From Marsupella aquatica (lineage: Eukaryota > Plantae > Marchantiophyta), in the NCBI GenBank assembly GCA_973895155.1, contig OZ316894.1, positions 1,216,953-1,280,952 of the forward strand: DNA of 64,000 bases. Direction: 5' to 3'. Shown one piece after another: positions 25,223-38,955 of the stretch (positions are counted from its first letter, which is position 1; the number at the start of each line of letters is the position of its first letter). The notes under the pieces were generated by a model. The model was not told where the DNA came from and did no database searches. It worked only from the letters and a program-made list of their open reading frames with translations. Position numbers and translations under genes: made by a program.

Positions 25223-28200
25223 AGCCTCTGTGTGAATGTCTCAAGTGTCTGTCCAAGGAGCCCATCACATGGCAATGTAGTCTCCTAAAGTGGGAGGAAG
25301 GTATCTAATGACACTTTTGCAAACAATTTTCTTGAGCAAATTTAAAATAATTGTATCACAAAGTCTCACTGGTCTTTCTGGCTTCTTAAAGTGGGAAAGA
25401 AGAAATGATTCAAATCACTCAGCTGTTGGATGGAAATGGATGATAAAACTGCCAGTTGGGATTAGTTTTTTAAAAAGGGGAAATCTGTGCGAGCCCATAC
25501 AAAAGGAATAGTTCATAACTGTTGAACCCAAGACCAATGAGTCACTACTCAAGTGAGCTACCACATAGCCATGCCTCTATGGGCACTACTTGTGTGTATT
25601 TGTTAGGCACAATCTGCACTTATTTTTACTCTCAGCCAAAACTCCTGGCTAAAGCTTCAAGTTGTGTTTAGCACAACAAAGCTGTACCTAATGTGTTCAA
25701 TTCGGGTTGAGTCAAATCTGATTTAGGCGTGATCCAGGGGGAGGTGATCTTCACTTCTGAGTCGAACTAATCAGGATTTGAAAAGTGGCTGGAAGAATGG
25801 AGGATGTACTCCGCTCGAGGTCACTGGCAGTTCATCTGGATATGAAGGCAGTTCATCTGGATATGAAGGAGACTTCCACGAAGCAAGTAGTGTGAGTTTA
25901 CAACATTGCCCAGGACCTCAACCCAAAGTTTCTCATGAATCAATGGTTGCATTGAAAATCTACCCTTACTGGTTCTCAAGCTTAACACTTTCCATTTGAC
26001 CCCATTCTTCAAGGGTTATGGGAAATGCACATCAAAAAACGACAGTCAGATATAGAGAAGGAACAATATTCAATGATATAAAAGGACAATCATCTCAACT
26101 TGTGGGCACAGTACACCTATGATGTTACTTTTTTGATGTTCAATTACCATGAATTTCAATCAAAGTCTTGTGCTCCATGAATTGATAGGTTTCTATCCAT
26201 CAAAAGACTTTGACTTTAAACACTTGTCACTGACTCTGACTCACACAATCCCTTGGCCCTTGCCCGTGGGCAAGGTGGATCAAAAATTAATTAGAGCTAC
26301 AAGCCAGAAACAGAACCAAGCCCATGCCCCATGGCTTCAACGCCATCCTCACCTGATTGGCGTGCAGAATATCTGCCCACTTGAAATCAAAATAATAATG
26401 ATTATTACTACCATTTTGTGCGAATTTCGACGGGTAGTGTTGACCACATTCAGGACCGGAGTAACTCAGCCCGGCGTGATAGTCATTGGGAAATCTGGAA
26501 TCATTATTCTAGGCATAGCTATTAATTCCTACCGTAGATTCAGGATATGGACGGTCATCGACTCGTCGCCCCCGCCGGTCAGAAGCCTAAATTTAACTGG
26601 TAATTAGTATTTTTCGCCAACAAGTGGGCGCGCGGATCTCATTGGAATATTAAAATGTTATTATTTATGCTTTTTTACCTTTGGTTCACGTGAAGAAGAG
26701 ATCGGACATATCGGGGTTCTTAGCGCGCAAATGGGTGACGTCTTGTCTGCGCTTGAGGAACCCGTTTGTTCGGGTTGGGAGAGGCTACCCGTAACGTTTC
26801 TATCTTCCCGGGATCTTCTTTCTCTGTCGTTTTGTTTTCTACGGTCTTGCCCGAGGACCGTACCGTACCTGAAAATTTTCTGTCGTTCGGTTTTTTCCCG
26901 TCCTGCCCGATCGCCGTACGGGTTGGGGCAAGGCTTGCTTGGTCAGAGTCACCGACGACGACGACGACGGTCCTGTACTGCCCCGTCCGTCCGGTACGCT
27001 GGAAATGATTTCGTCGAGAAAAATGCGAAGTTTCGTTCGTGCGGGATGCGGGACGATTGTTTTTGTCGTGAAATTCTCGGAATCGTTTCTCGGGCAGGGG
27101 TTTGGTGTGCGTAAACAGAACAGTTTTTCCATGTGCTATGACAATGATTCTTTACAGTAAAGAAACGCAGTCAGCTGTTCCCTAAGTGCACACTCCATAA
27201 TTACAAACCCCTGGATAATTGCAAGGAGTCTGGTTCTTTGCGCATTACACTACACTTGCCCCTGTATAAAGGACAAGTGTTCAAAACTCCTCCCTTTTTC
27301 CACATTCCACATCTTTCCACAATTTGCTCCACAAATTTTGGGGGAATTTTCTGTTAACCATTAGCTGTTGAAGGGGCAGCTATGGTTTAATGCATCATCC
27401 AATAAAAATAGGGAGGCCGCTGCCCGTGGCCATTGCCTAACCCCGATATATAAGTACAAGGTGTGAGAGAGGCTACATGTGTAGTAGATGCTGGGTTACT
27501 GGTAGACAAGTAAGTGGGCCCTGCCAGGCGTGGAGTTTAACTCTAGTAGACATCACTTTCTTTTGACACAAACCCCACCCAGAAGTGCGCTCATTCAGAA
27601 CTTTTGACACTAGGGAAAAATGTTACTACTATGAGATCTGCAATCCTGGGGATGTACAGTTGATGGTTTAGGGAAGGGGAAGAGAACACTACACCCCATA
27701 CAGCCACAAATTTTAGCATGTGTGTGTGTGTGTGTGTCTGAAATTAGTGTCACAAACCCCTGGACAATTGCAAGGCGTCTGGTTCTTACTTCCCCCCCCC
27801 CCCCCCCCCCCACCATTTGCACTTCTTGTAAGTGCAGAGAGGGCTCAAGAAATCAACAAATATATAAGTCATAACCCTGTCAAAGCAAAACATCCTATGT
27901 GAACTCTTATGGACATGTGCCTACCATTTTTATGTAGAGTTAATGTTACAATTCTGAGATAATCCACATGAGTTATGATAGGGATCTACAATCTGAAGGC
28001 AAAAGCATTTTGCACCCCTTACTACAACAAGTGTTAGCATTTATAGTGTGAGTGTGAAATTAGTGTCACTATCTAAGAAGGGAATGTGGCTTTCCTACCC
28101 CAATTCATGCTAGGGCCAAAGCATTTTCATGCGGCACCAGGGGTTACCAACCGTTTTCCATTGGCTGAGAACAATTGTTTAAAGTTCACAATTTTAAAAA

Positions 28201-28379
28201 TTTTAGGGTAACACTAATTTGTGAGTGTAGCCCACAAGTTGCTTCAACTGAATTAGTCAAGGAATTAGTGTAAAACTAATTAGGGTGAAGATTGTACTTC
28301 AACACAATATGATAATTTCTTTACTTTGACAAGTACATAAATTACTGAATGTACAGCAAGAACAACCATCATTTTACTC

Positions 28380-29400
28380 AACTGATAAGTACAAATTCTG
28401 AAATGGTGCACTTATCCCTCAGTATAAGTTACATGTAACTGCAAAGAGTTCCTGAGAGTGTGCACTTAGGAAGAGATCATTGTACAGTTGGCTCTCTCTA
28501 AGTGGACACTTCATGAGCACAAAAACTGCTTTAGTGCAAGGTATCATGTACTTACCTTCTATTATACAAGGAGTTTGTATTTTCCTTGCATTTTTTCTAA
28601 GCACAAACAGGCCTAGAATCGTTTCGCTAACTGACAACTTTATAAGAGCATAACTCTCGATAATTGCATTTCGTACTCTACCTGAGAAGTGTGCACACAA
28701 TCCCATCAGATTCCATTTACTGATAAGTGCACACTTTTCTTAATTTAAAGCTCCCAGGAGGGTCCAATAAGGAGAGATAGTGAAGGTTCACCATTGAAGC
28801 TGCTAGTCGCATGCTAATTGCAAGCATAAAAATAATATCTATGGAGTTTAGGACACCTCATGTAGGACAGGATGTACAATTTTTGTAACGGGTCACTAGA
28901 CTGCTTACTGATGGAGGGGCCACTTATCGATAAATGCAAATTTTAGGGGCTTTGCATTTATTGCAGATTGTAAAAACTGATTTAGTGCACACTACATCCA
29001 TCTTCCAGAGTGTGCAGCTCAGAGAGAGTTTACTGTACCATGTTTCTGGACAATGGTCTCCTTGTTTACAAGGAACCGTGACAGTCCCTTAGTGCAAGTC
29101 AAATGTAAGTGCAAAGCCTTGGCTTTTGCCCACCTGACTGTAATAAATGGCACATAAAATAGCAGGGGGCATAGGGTGTATTGTGCTACATGGGAAATTC
29201 ACATAAGTTTAATACATTTTTTCATTTTTCATTTTTCATGAGAAAGTCCATTATTCATTCATATCAATGAATGCCATTCTTTTGACTACTTTTCAATGTG
29301 CAATCAACACCACCCCTTCTTCCCAGGAGTTTGCACTTAGGGAGAGATATAATTGTACCATGTTTCTGGAAAATGGTTCCCTCGTTTACAAGGAACGGCG
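28380..29400. mobile_element. Degenerate dispersed repeat or MITE with internal duplication, related to 46680-47030
   Basis: TGTACCATGTTTCTGGA.AATGG...GTTTACAAGGAAC at ~29034 and ~29354. The reverse complement of 28910-28945 resembles TGCATTTATTGATAAG...CCTCCAT at ~46808-46840. Confidence 0.45.
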
Positions 29401-32400
29401 GCTGCCCAGGGCAGCACTGTAGGTCGCTGGCTGCCGTCAATCCGAGAGCGGGCTGATTGAGGAAAAGAATCCTGTGGGCCTGCCGGGGCACAAATTGATC
29501 ATGAAGCAGAATGATGCAGAGGGTACCTAGGATAGAAATTACTGTGAGGGAGTACCGTTGCCAAATGATGAAAATCTCGTGTTTGGAATGAGCAAACATT
29601 TGGACCTGACGACCTTGCCTGGGCAGCAATCTTCCCTGACGATGCCTGACGCTGCCCGCTGCCCAGATCCAAACCCATTTTTTTACGCCTCCTTTTTACA
29701 TTTTTAGTATGTCACCCCAAAAATTCAACGAAATTACTAAGGTGCCCTTTCAATTAATTTAATTCCTATGTTAGCCCCTTGCAAACAATCGGACGGCCAA
29801 ATAACTTGCATAGCCAAATTGTAGGGATAAGACTAATCCATGGGGGCAACTTATTAATTAAATTAGTTTTGGGCCCAGTTGAGGAAATTGTGCAGTTTTG
29901 GGGGTAACTTAGTAAATACATGCCAAAATTGTTTCATAAATAATATTCCTAGATGAATTTTCGAACTCTGTCAGATCATGGCAAAATTTTGCCAAAAGTG
30001 GTGAAGACTTTTGGATGAAGTGAAATTTGGCTAGTTTCAAGCAATTAAAGAAAACTCAGATCCAGCCCCATTGCACCACTTTCTTAATTTTTGGGTATTT
30101 GTTTTACTGAATGACCAACTTCACCATCCATAATCTGAAACCTTTTCTGCAATATTTGTTGAAGTACTGCTGACAAAACTGTATTCTCCTCTTATTGTTA
30201 GTAGCACTTATTTCAGACTCATGCTATTTAGACGGTCGCAAAATTAGTGCTGACGGTGTAAAACTTTTCTGTACCTGTACATGCTAATATTCATGAATGC
30301 CACTTGAAGTAGCAGTTTCTACACCCGGGGTTTGGTAATATGCAAGCAAACGGGAATTTTTAGCAGCGATGAAGGAAGGCTATTGGAGCGAGGCAAATCC
30401 GATTGCTAGGGAGTCATAGATATCCCCTCAAAATTATGATTTTTATAAAAATTATATGTATACCTGAGTCTTACATCCAAGATTGTTCAAGTCTGTTTGT
30501 AGTGCATCTCAAGTCCAACTGAAAAAGGAGCTATTTCTCTGTTAGCCTGTTGTTGTAAGCAACAGCTGGGATATTACTTCTTTCAACTGGAAATTTTGGT
30601 CCTAAGGGGTGCCCAGTTAGGATTGTACATAATGACAATCAGACGCCTCTGCAAAAAGTTTGCAAAAATCTAAAATTCTGTCCAAGGGACTGAAATAATT
30701 TTATTTTCGGCTTGACGGTAGTTCTTACTCAAAGTAAAGGCAGAGATCATGATGTAAAGGAGACGTAGTCAGTACCATTGATTCCATCAAATTAAACTAA
30801 GCCATCACACTGCACATTGGATTGGGGAGACTTTTTTCAAACAACAGATAGAAAGCATTAAAAAAGCAAACATATAAAGCAACTTTTGGTTTTAGAATCT
30901 ATCCAAGCAGGAACAGAGAAAGCCCAGATACATCCCATCTCCGTCTCCAAGGGGATAAGAGAGGCATATGGATTCTCTCCTGTGAGAAATTGAGAATCAT
31001 GATGACGAAGATGAGTGTAGTCATTGTTTTCTCTAACAAATATTCTTCGAAACTTTCAACAGAAGACAACGTATTATAGTACACCATGGTACAACACTAC
31101 AACAGAATTTCAGGTGGAGCAGTGGATTTAGGGAGAATACTATTTGGGACCACCAGGTCTCATGGTGAATGCACAGGAAGGGCTTCCCATACCCAAACTC
31201 CCCATATGCATTCCCTCTCACAAGCATAGTCCAAACATGAAAATTTTCAACTACTAGATAAGTTCTGGGCTTTGGCTTCATGCTACGGAGTAGGTCATGA
31301 ATGGTAGACTTCGGTCATCAATTATGGTATGGATTGTCAATTATGACATTTCTATATAGGAGAAAAAATGATTATTATTTTGACAAAAGGAAAACTCTTC
31401 TTGCAATCTTGAACCATTTGTTTAGTCGTAAAATTCAAAACACTCAAAACTCTCTTCTCCGAAAGCAAACACTTTAGAAATAATTTTGAAATGTTTTCAA
31501 GCTTTGTACCAAAATGCATTACAACATGCCCAATAGCCAGCCAAATTCATCCTTGTCATCCATGATTATAGAACCCTGCTGCATGTGTGCTTGCTCTTGC
31601 CCAGATCTCCCAAATTGCTGGACAAGTTGTGGCCTTTGGACTCAGAGCATTTGCACCGGGCCTGGAAACAGCCAGGGCAGTGATGAGTTTAGTGACCCGC
31701 CCACCCGGCCTGCAATAAGTTGTTTCCAGTGTGCTAAGGTCCTCTTCCATCCTTTGCAATTCTCATTGCACGGTTACAATGTCACAATTGTGACATGTAT
31801 GGGTGGCCATTGGCAGGGTGAAGAGCGGCCCTTGCTGTATCCTCTCACTGAGTGCTTTGAGTTTGCAGTTTTTGGTGGGGATGGCATTCGTTTAGCTCAG
31901 AAATGAGTAGATGACCTGCCACTCACGTTGCCATTCACCATATATACCAAGCCACAAATATTGCAAAAGATGGGGATGCTCTCATACCAATGAATTAACC
32001 AGATACGTGAACAAAGCTATGTGAACACAATGCATTGAATTATACATTTTGTGTTATGACAGTTTGGACAATAAGGTGGACAACACTGTGCACAACAAGG
32101 TTTGAGGCCATTTCCAGGCCCCCATCACAATACGGAACCACTAGGCTACGGTCATAAATAAACTGAACAATAAGGTTTGTGGAAATGTGATTTTGATGAA
32201 ACGGCAGACAATGTCATCGACAGTAGGGTTTGGGCCAAATCACAATCTAGCTATGTAACAGGGATTGAAAAGTACTCTTAGGGCCTACAGTCTAGAGCGA
32301 AGTCTATAGACTGACTCTGGCGGCATAATTGAAGGTGGGGTGCGTGTGGGAAATAGGGATTAGGGGCAAGTCACAGGAAAATATTTGAAAGTGAATGGGT

Positions 32401-32834
32401 AAACAAACCGCTGGTCAAGATGTTTACAGGTAAGTTTGTATTGCATTCTGTGAGAAAGGTATTCCACATAGCAGGTAAGGTGGGGTGCTCGAAACCCAAT
32501 ATCCAGTGGGAGTCACTGACTCACAAACGGAAGCTTGGCCTTTGAATGCCAACTGTCAAGTAGGGATTTTGTTTTAATTTTTGGGCGAGCAGTGCAAGGT
32601 GAGTTGGGTATGTAGGGGGTGTCAAAGGTTGTCTGTAGAGTGTAGAGCATGCCCGCCAATGCACTCCAAACAAACCCGGCATTTCAGAATTTAGTTGAGT
32701 AAAAAAGTGTGCAGGTGCCCAGGATGAGTCTTATCTCTAGAGCAAACGTCATTAGTTCGTCTGTTCAAAAGTAAAATACACAATAATGTTTTGTGCGAAC
32801 ATCTGTAACCGTGGGCTTTATATGCTTATGTCAC

Positions 32835-33172
32835 TGTTGGACATTCAAAGATCATGAACCATCCACCGCACAAGTAGTTGACATAGAGAGATGTGTGGTT
32901 CACCTGAGCTAAGGCTATGTTCATGGGAGCACACGAGAGCTTTATCGCACTCTAGAACTATAGGCCATATCGAGTCTCTGCAATACAATATCTTCTATCT
33001 CTCAATTAGCTCTGTAACAATGAACCTGAGTGAGCCTTATTCAAAGAAACATTGTTTGAGATATAATGTGCAGCCTAGTTAACGTAACCTAGTCTATAAA
33101 CCTTAGCTACAACTAAGATAAGCCCTAACTACGGCTTCAGTGTAACCCTAGAGTAAGAGTAAATCCCTAATA
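32835..33172 (-). mobile_element. Solo-LTR-like copy related to 45948-46278, opposite orientation
   Basis: Minus strand begins TATTAGGGA and ends GTCCAACA, compared with TGTTAAGGA...GTTCAACA. It contains ATAGCCTT...GAACCACACAT...TGTCAACTACTTG. Flanks show no TSD. Confidence 0.55.
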
Positions 33173-33689
33173 GGGGGTTAGATGATTAGCCGTGGTATTT
33201 TCCTTGTCGATTATCATCCTTTGTGGACTTTTGACCCACCTTGAGGCTGTCGGTATGTTTCCATTTGGTTTCATGTTCTGTTTTGGTGTAGTTTTAGTTG
33301 CTGGTTCTTTCCTGCAGATTTAGGGGTTAGGTTTAATCCTCCTGGGATTTTGCCCAGGTCCCAGTTGTTTAGGGCTTGGCTGTAGCTGGCTCTCTTGCTA
33401 TGATCTTTGGGTTGAGTCAGCCCTTGTTTTTGCGTTCTAGTTGTTAGTTGCTTCAGAGTGGGTGATGAATGTGTTACTTTTTGCTCATGTTCCTGCCTTT
33501 TGCCCTTTTCCCCGTGTACAGATGGTGTCTGATCTTTAGGTGACTTCTGGTCCTCAACCACATGTGGTCTGGCTGTTTTACTCACGTTTTACTCACTCTT
33601 TTTATTCTGTGTTTCTACTCGTTCAATGAGTAAAGCATTCCTTTCAAGGGAAAAAATGAAAAGCAAAGTAGAGCAGCTGATGGGCAGGA

Positions 33690-35339
33690 ATTCCAAAGGG
33701 AGTAGTAATGGGGGGGAGGGGGGGAACTTGGGGGCAGATTTCGGGCAGGGATTCTAAAGGCAGTAGTAATGGGGGTGGGGGGGGGGGGGAACTTGAGGGC
33801 GATGTCGGACAGGGAGGGGAAGCAGTGCCCGTGCCCGGGCAAATGGCGGGCAGGGCCGGGAAGTGGCTTCGGCATGTGCAAGGAAGGCAGTGCGGGCAGG
33901 CGGACAGCGGAGTCGTAGTAGTGTAGTGGGGATGGCGGGCTGAGGGAATGGGCGAGAGAGAGAGAGTAGTTGTAGAGGTAGTAGTAGTAGTAAGTAGGAG
34001 TGGTAAGACAGTTTGCTTCGCTGGGCTGGGCTGGCGCGGTCGGGGTGGAGTGGGGTGCAGGGCAGCAGCAGATGCAGTGAGGTGTGCGCTGCGACTAGTC
34101 TACTCCTACTACTACAACTACAACTTACTCTACTAGTCTGCCGCTCTTCTGATCGATTGACAGAATTAGCCAACTAGGGGAGCGGGATTCGCGCCATGCT
34201 TATCCTCTCTACCGCTACTACTACTACTACTACTATTGCTGCAGCTGATGCTGCTCCTGCTTCGAGGACGACGACGACGACGACGACTACCCTCCTGCTG
34301 CGGAGGTGTCATCCAGCTTCGTGCCCTCTCACCCCACTCACTGCTCGAGTAGTCGAAGTAGTGTGTGCTCATCTCTGAGCACTAAGTTGCGGATCCGGAT
34401 CGTGTCCTTCTGCGCTGCTCTACGAGCGAGCGAAGAATCGCATTGGGATTGTTTTTATTACTGGAGTGGAGTGGGTTGATTGATTGATTGATTGATTGAT
34501 TGATTTTTGATTGCCCGGTGGAAAGAAACTCTCCGGGGATGAGGATCGGGAGCTTGCGAACTGCTGATGATTCGTCTCGTCCTTGTGCTCGCGTCTCCGG
34601 CTGCGGTGGTGGTGGTGGTGTAGTAGAAGTAGTACTGATCACGGGGGTGGCTTCTTGAAGCGCGCGAGGGCGCTTGGCTGGTCCAGGTGGGGGGGTCAGG
34701 CAGGCAGGCAGGCAAGGAAGGGCTTGGTGCCCGACCGACGTCGGCCATTGTTAGTGATCCCAGTGAGAGCGTGGTTTTTTTTCGTCGAAGACATTCTGCT
34801 TCTTCACCGTAGCTTTGCTGATCCGCTTTTCCTTTCGTTGCAGTACCGCCGCTTCTGAATTTTTTCCCGCCGTGTAGCATGTAAGCTCGTGCCTGAGAAA
34901 GTGAGCGAGAGAGATAGAGGGAGGGAGATCTGGTCATCGGTTTTCGGAGGAATCTTGGGGTTGTTACGAATTCTCACCTCTCAAGTGGATCGTCCTTTTT
35001 CTCATTAGGTAGGAGATGGTTCGTACCGCACACTCAGAACTCGCTCTTTGAATCGATTTGGGACAATATTTGCAGTTTGTGCCTTGTATCCGGGGTCCAC
35101 CTCGTGCTGCTGTATGTCCGTAGCTGTCTATCCGTGCTTCGTCTTCGTTCTCTTGGACTTCAGTTTTGCTCGGGAGCACGAGAAGGCGCTCGGTGATGGA
35201 GGTGCTTGGAGCACGAGAAGGCGCTCGGTGATGGAGGTGCTTGGAGCACGAGCCAAAGCTAGCTAGCACTCGAGCAGTGCAGTCAGGTGGATTGCGGAAG
35301 GTCTTCGGTAGAAGTCGGGTCGAGGCTCTACCTCGGGCG
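33690..35339 (+). promoter_or_regulatory. Promoter and long microsatellite-rich 5' leader of the trihelix gene
   Basis: G-runs and (GA)n, (GTA)n, (CTA)n, (GAC)n and (GATT)n tracts directly upstream of the ATG at 35340. The transcription start is not determinable. Confidence 0.5.
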
Positions 35340-38300
35340 ATGCAGACGGGTGGAGGACAATATGGGGTGCCAGACCAGTTCGTGGTTCAAAGGCCACCCC
35401 CTCCACACATGTTCGCTCTCTCGCATGAAATGTCCCTCTCCCCAACGGCTCACGGGCACCATCATTTGCAGCAGCAGCATCCGCAACATCACCAGCAGCA
35501 GCCGCAACACCACCATCAACAACACCAGCAGCACCACCATCAACCGCAGCATGCCCCACATTCTCAACACCCTCAACTCCCTCAACACCAGCCGCAGCAG
35601 CAGCAGCAGCATGCTCAGCAACAGCAACAGCAGCAACATGCTCAGCACCAACAACATCAGCAGCAGCAGGCGATGGTGCAGCAACTGGGGTTGGGACCGG
35701 ACTCGCCTGAGGCACCCTCCCCGATAGCAAGCCGCCCTTCTCCCACAGCTTTCAAGCAGCAGCGTGAATCTCTTGGAGAAGACGAGGCTGGCGAGGACGA
35801 AGGGAGGGGTACAGGTGGGAATCGGTGGCCGAGGCAGGAGACTTTAGCACTGATTAAGATTCGGTCGGAAATGGATGCCAATTTTCGGGACTCCGGCCTC
35901 AAGGGACCACTTTGGGAAGATGTCTCTCGGTAATTGATCTCGCGCAGCGAAATCCTCCTCTCTTCTTGGTCCGGCGTGGTGTTTTCCAAGGGGTTTTTTA
36001 CTTGTTCCGATTCACGTGAGGATCGACAATGTCGCACAGGAATAGGTATCTCAAAGGTGTCGGGTCACTAAACTCCTGAGTAAACCCACCGCTGTGAGGT
36101 CTGTCATTTTCTTGAGAATTTGTTTTGCCTACCAGTTTCTTGACAAGTTTCAAAACGTTTCAAGAACGTTCGACCGTTCTCTTGCTCGCCTTAAGCGAAC
36201 CTTTGACTCATCATCGGGATATCACACAGACCCCCGTCGCCAGCCGATCCTTCGTCCTTAACAATGGAGCTTTAGAGAATCCTGTCATTCTAGTCGACAC
36301 ACGGATGCGTGACTAAACACCTAAACACCTGAATTGCCTGGTCAATCAAGATTCAAGAAAACCTTTGTTAGGTGCCGCAGCATTTGAACTCCAGCGATCT
36401 GGGTTTGTTTGAAACTTTTGACATCGACCCGCACCTACTTGATAGTGGCTTGCGAGCTGGGTGGTACCTATCGGATGGAGGAAGACGTGACTCCGTCGTA
36501 ATGCACTGCTTGGGTGGCCGACTATGAAAACCACGGTCCATCCACTGCCAGCCGATTGGAAAGCCCCATCGGTTCAAGATACGAGTGTTCTTGATCATTC
36601 GAAACGATCGCTGAACCCCGATCATTATTATAAATCAGTAGAGCTGTTTGTCTCCCAAGGTTTGTTCGTCCTAAACAAGAGTGCATATCTCCGGAAATGA
36701 CTTAGCCAATGTGTTTGAATAGATACCCGCCAATAGCGGTCTTCTCTCGAATTTGTGCTTTCATTCTTCGGAAGTATTTCGGTCCATCGCATCTATCCAA
36801 CATTACTTGTGAAGAATTTGGTAGGAGCCGAATAGGTACCGACTGTTGAATCCCCCATGAGTAGTCCTCGGTCATTTTAATAGTTCCGCCGTTACTCTCC
36901 AGCCGTCTTCTTCTGACGGGACGCTGATCCCTACCACCGTCCCCATTCTCTTTTCATGAGTAGAAGATCTGCTTCCAGATTCGCCTCAGATTGTATTCGA
37001 GAGAAATCTAAAGTCGACAATTTCCCCTTTCCGTACCCGTGTCTCGCGCCAACCTTCAGTACATCGCTAGGGAGATTCTTTCCAGGCGATCTATAGTTTC
37101 TCTTCGTAGATACAGGAAAATCCATGTCGTTTGACCCACCCTGCAGTGATACTCGAGTAGTCCTTTTGCGTCCAGTCTATGGTCCCGTCAATCGTTTGAG
37201 CTCGAAGCAACTAAGCATGGATTATTGCTACATTTCGTGTGCAGGAAACTGACGGAGCTCGGGTATCAACGGAGCTCGAAGAAATGTAAGGAGAAGTTTG
37301 AGAATGTCCACAAGTATTATAAGAAAACGAAGGATGGTAGGGCTGGGAGACAAGATGGAAAGAACTACAGGTTCTTTAGCCAGCTAGAAGCTTTGTATGG
37401 TGGTGGTGGTGGAGGTGGTGGTGGTGGCGGAGGAGGTGGCGGTGGTGGTGGAAGCAGCAGCCAACATGGCGACGTTGGGAGTCTAATGTTAACAACAGGC
37501 GGCAGCGGAGCAGCGATTGGTGGAGGAGCAGAAGGAAATTTATCTTTGCAACGGCCCGCAGAAAATAGTAGTGGAGTGCACTTATCTTCAGAATCTGAGG
37601 ATGATTACGACGACCCCGGGGACAATGATGAGGGGGAAAAGAGTAAGAAAAGGAAGCGCAAGGAGGGTAAAATGCTTTCGAAGATGGTGTACTTCGAAGG
37701 CTTACTGAAGAAACTGGTCGAAAAGCAGGAAGTCATGCAGCGAAAGTTCTTGGAAGCGATAGAGCGACGGGAGCAGGAGAGGTTGACTCGGGAAGAAACT
37801 TGGAGAAGACAGGAAATGGCTCGAATGAACAAGGAACACGAACTGAGAGCTCAGGAACATTCCCTCGCTGCTACTCGTGATGCTGCTCTCGTTGCCTTCC
37901 TGCAAAAGGTCACTGGCCAAACCTTGACGCTGCCACCCAGGGCTCCCCTACAAGCTGTGATGGTGGTCGCTCCCGAGGCTCAAGTTGTCGAGGATCATCA
38001 ACCGGGCGAAGGGAAGGAGTCTTTCGATCCCAACAGTAAGAGGTGGCCGAAACCTGAGGTACAAGCCCTGATTCGATTGAGGAGTCAGATGGAGCCTAGG
38101 TTCCAAGAGGCTGGGCCGAAGGGTCCGCTTTGGGATGAAATCTCCACCGGGATGGCGTGCTTGGGATATAGTCGAAATGCCAAAAGGTGTAAAGAAAAGT
38201 GGGAGAACATCAATAAATACTTTAGAAAGACTAAGGAGACTAATAAAAAGCGTCCGGACAACGCCAAGACATGCCCTTACTTCCATCAATTAGACATGTT

Positions 38301-38955
38301 ATACCGAAAAGGTGTGTTGGGAACGCCGAGTAGCAAATTGAATAAACTGGATGACAACTCGGACGAGTTGATAGATCATCCCAGCACCAGAGACGATAGC
38401 GAGCAGGACCACGGCAGGGATGCCGAGGAAATGATGGCCCTGATGCCAACTGGAGATGGTCCTTCCGGAGCTTCGACGAGCAACGGCGGCGCGACCCATT
38501 TCTTCTCTAGCCCAGGCAATGGCAGTAGTGGCGATCGAGGCTCGAAGAAGGTAATGAAGCCGCCGCAGATGATTACTAGTCCTAGTGGTAATGGTGACCG
38601 TTCTTCTCCTTCAGTCGTCGAGCTGAACTTTGACGGGCTGCATCGTGGTGATGGCGAAATGTTTTCAGGGAATGACAAGTCGGTGAGGCTCGAAGGGTTG
38701 GTGAGCACCATGTTGGAGCAAGAGCAGCAGCAGCAGCAGCAGCCGAAAGTGCAGTTTGAGGAGGGCTTTGTTGGAAGGATGGAGCAAGAACGAGAGATGA
38801 GAGAGCATGAGAGGCGGCAGCAGGAAGACTACCGCTTCTCTCAGGAGCGAGCACGCGTTTCCTCAAGAGATACTGCTCTCATAGCATTGGTACAAAAATT
38901 GACAGCGGGCGAACCTTCTGAGTTTGCCCTTTCTGCACCATCAAGTTCAGAATGA
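35340..38955 (+). CDS. Trihelix transcription factor, GT-2 clade (GT2/GTL1/DF1-like), 2 exons: 35340-35929 and 37245-38955, about 766 aa
   Basis: Trihelix 1 GNRWPRQETLALIKIRSEMD...KGPLWEDVSR|KLTELGYQRSSKKCKEKFENVHKYY is split by a phase-2 GT-AG intron. Central coiled coil ERREQERLTREETWRRQE. Trihelix 2 SKRWPKPEVQALIRLR...KRCKEKWENINKYF...KTCPYFHQLD. The N-terminus is Q/H-rich. Confidence 0.96.

Noticed and set aside
26149-27160. ORFs of 73-152 aa in the GC-rich island
   Set aside because: There is no recognisable domain and the overlapping frames are low-complexity. The region is more likely a TE end or regulatory DNA.
35263-35730. Antisense and alternative-frame ORFs over the trihelix poly-Q/H region
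   Set aside because: These are shadow frames of low-complexity CAG/CAC repeats.
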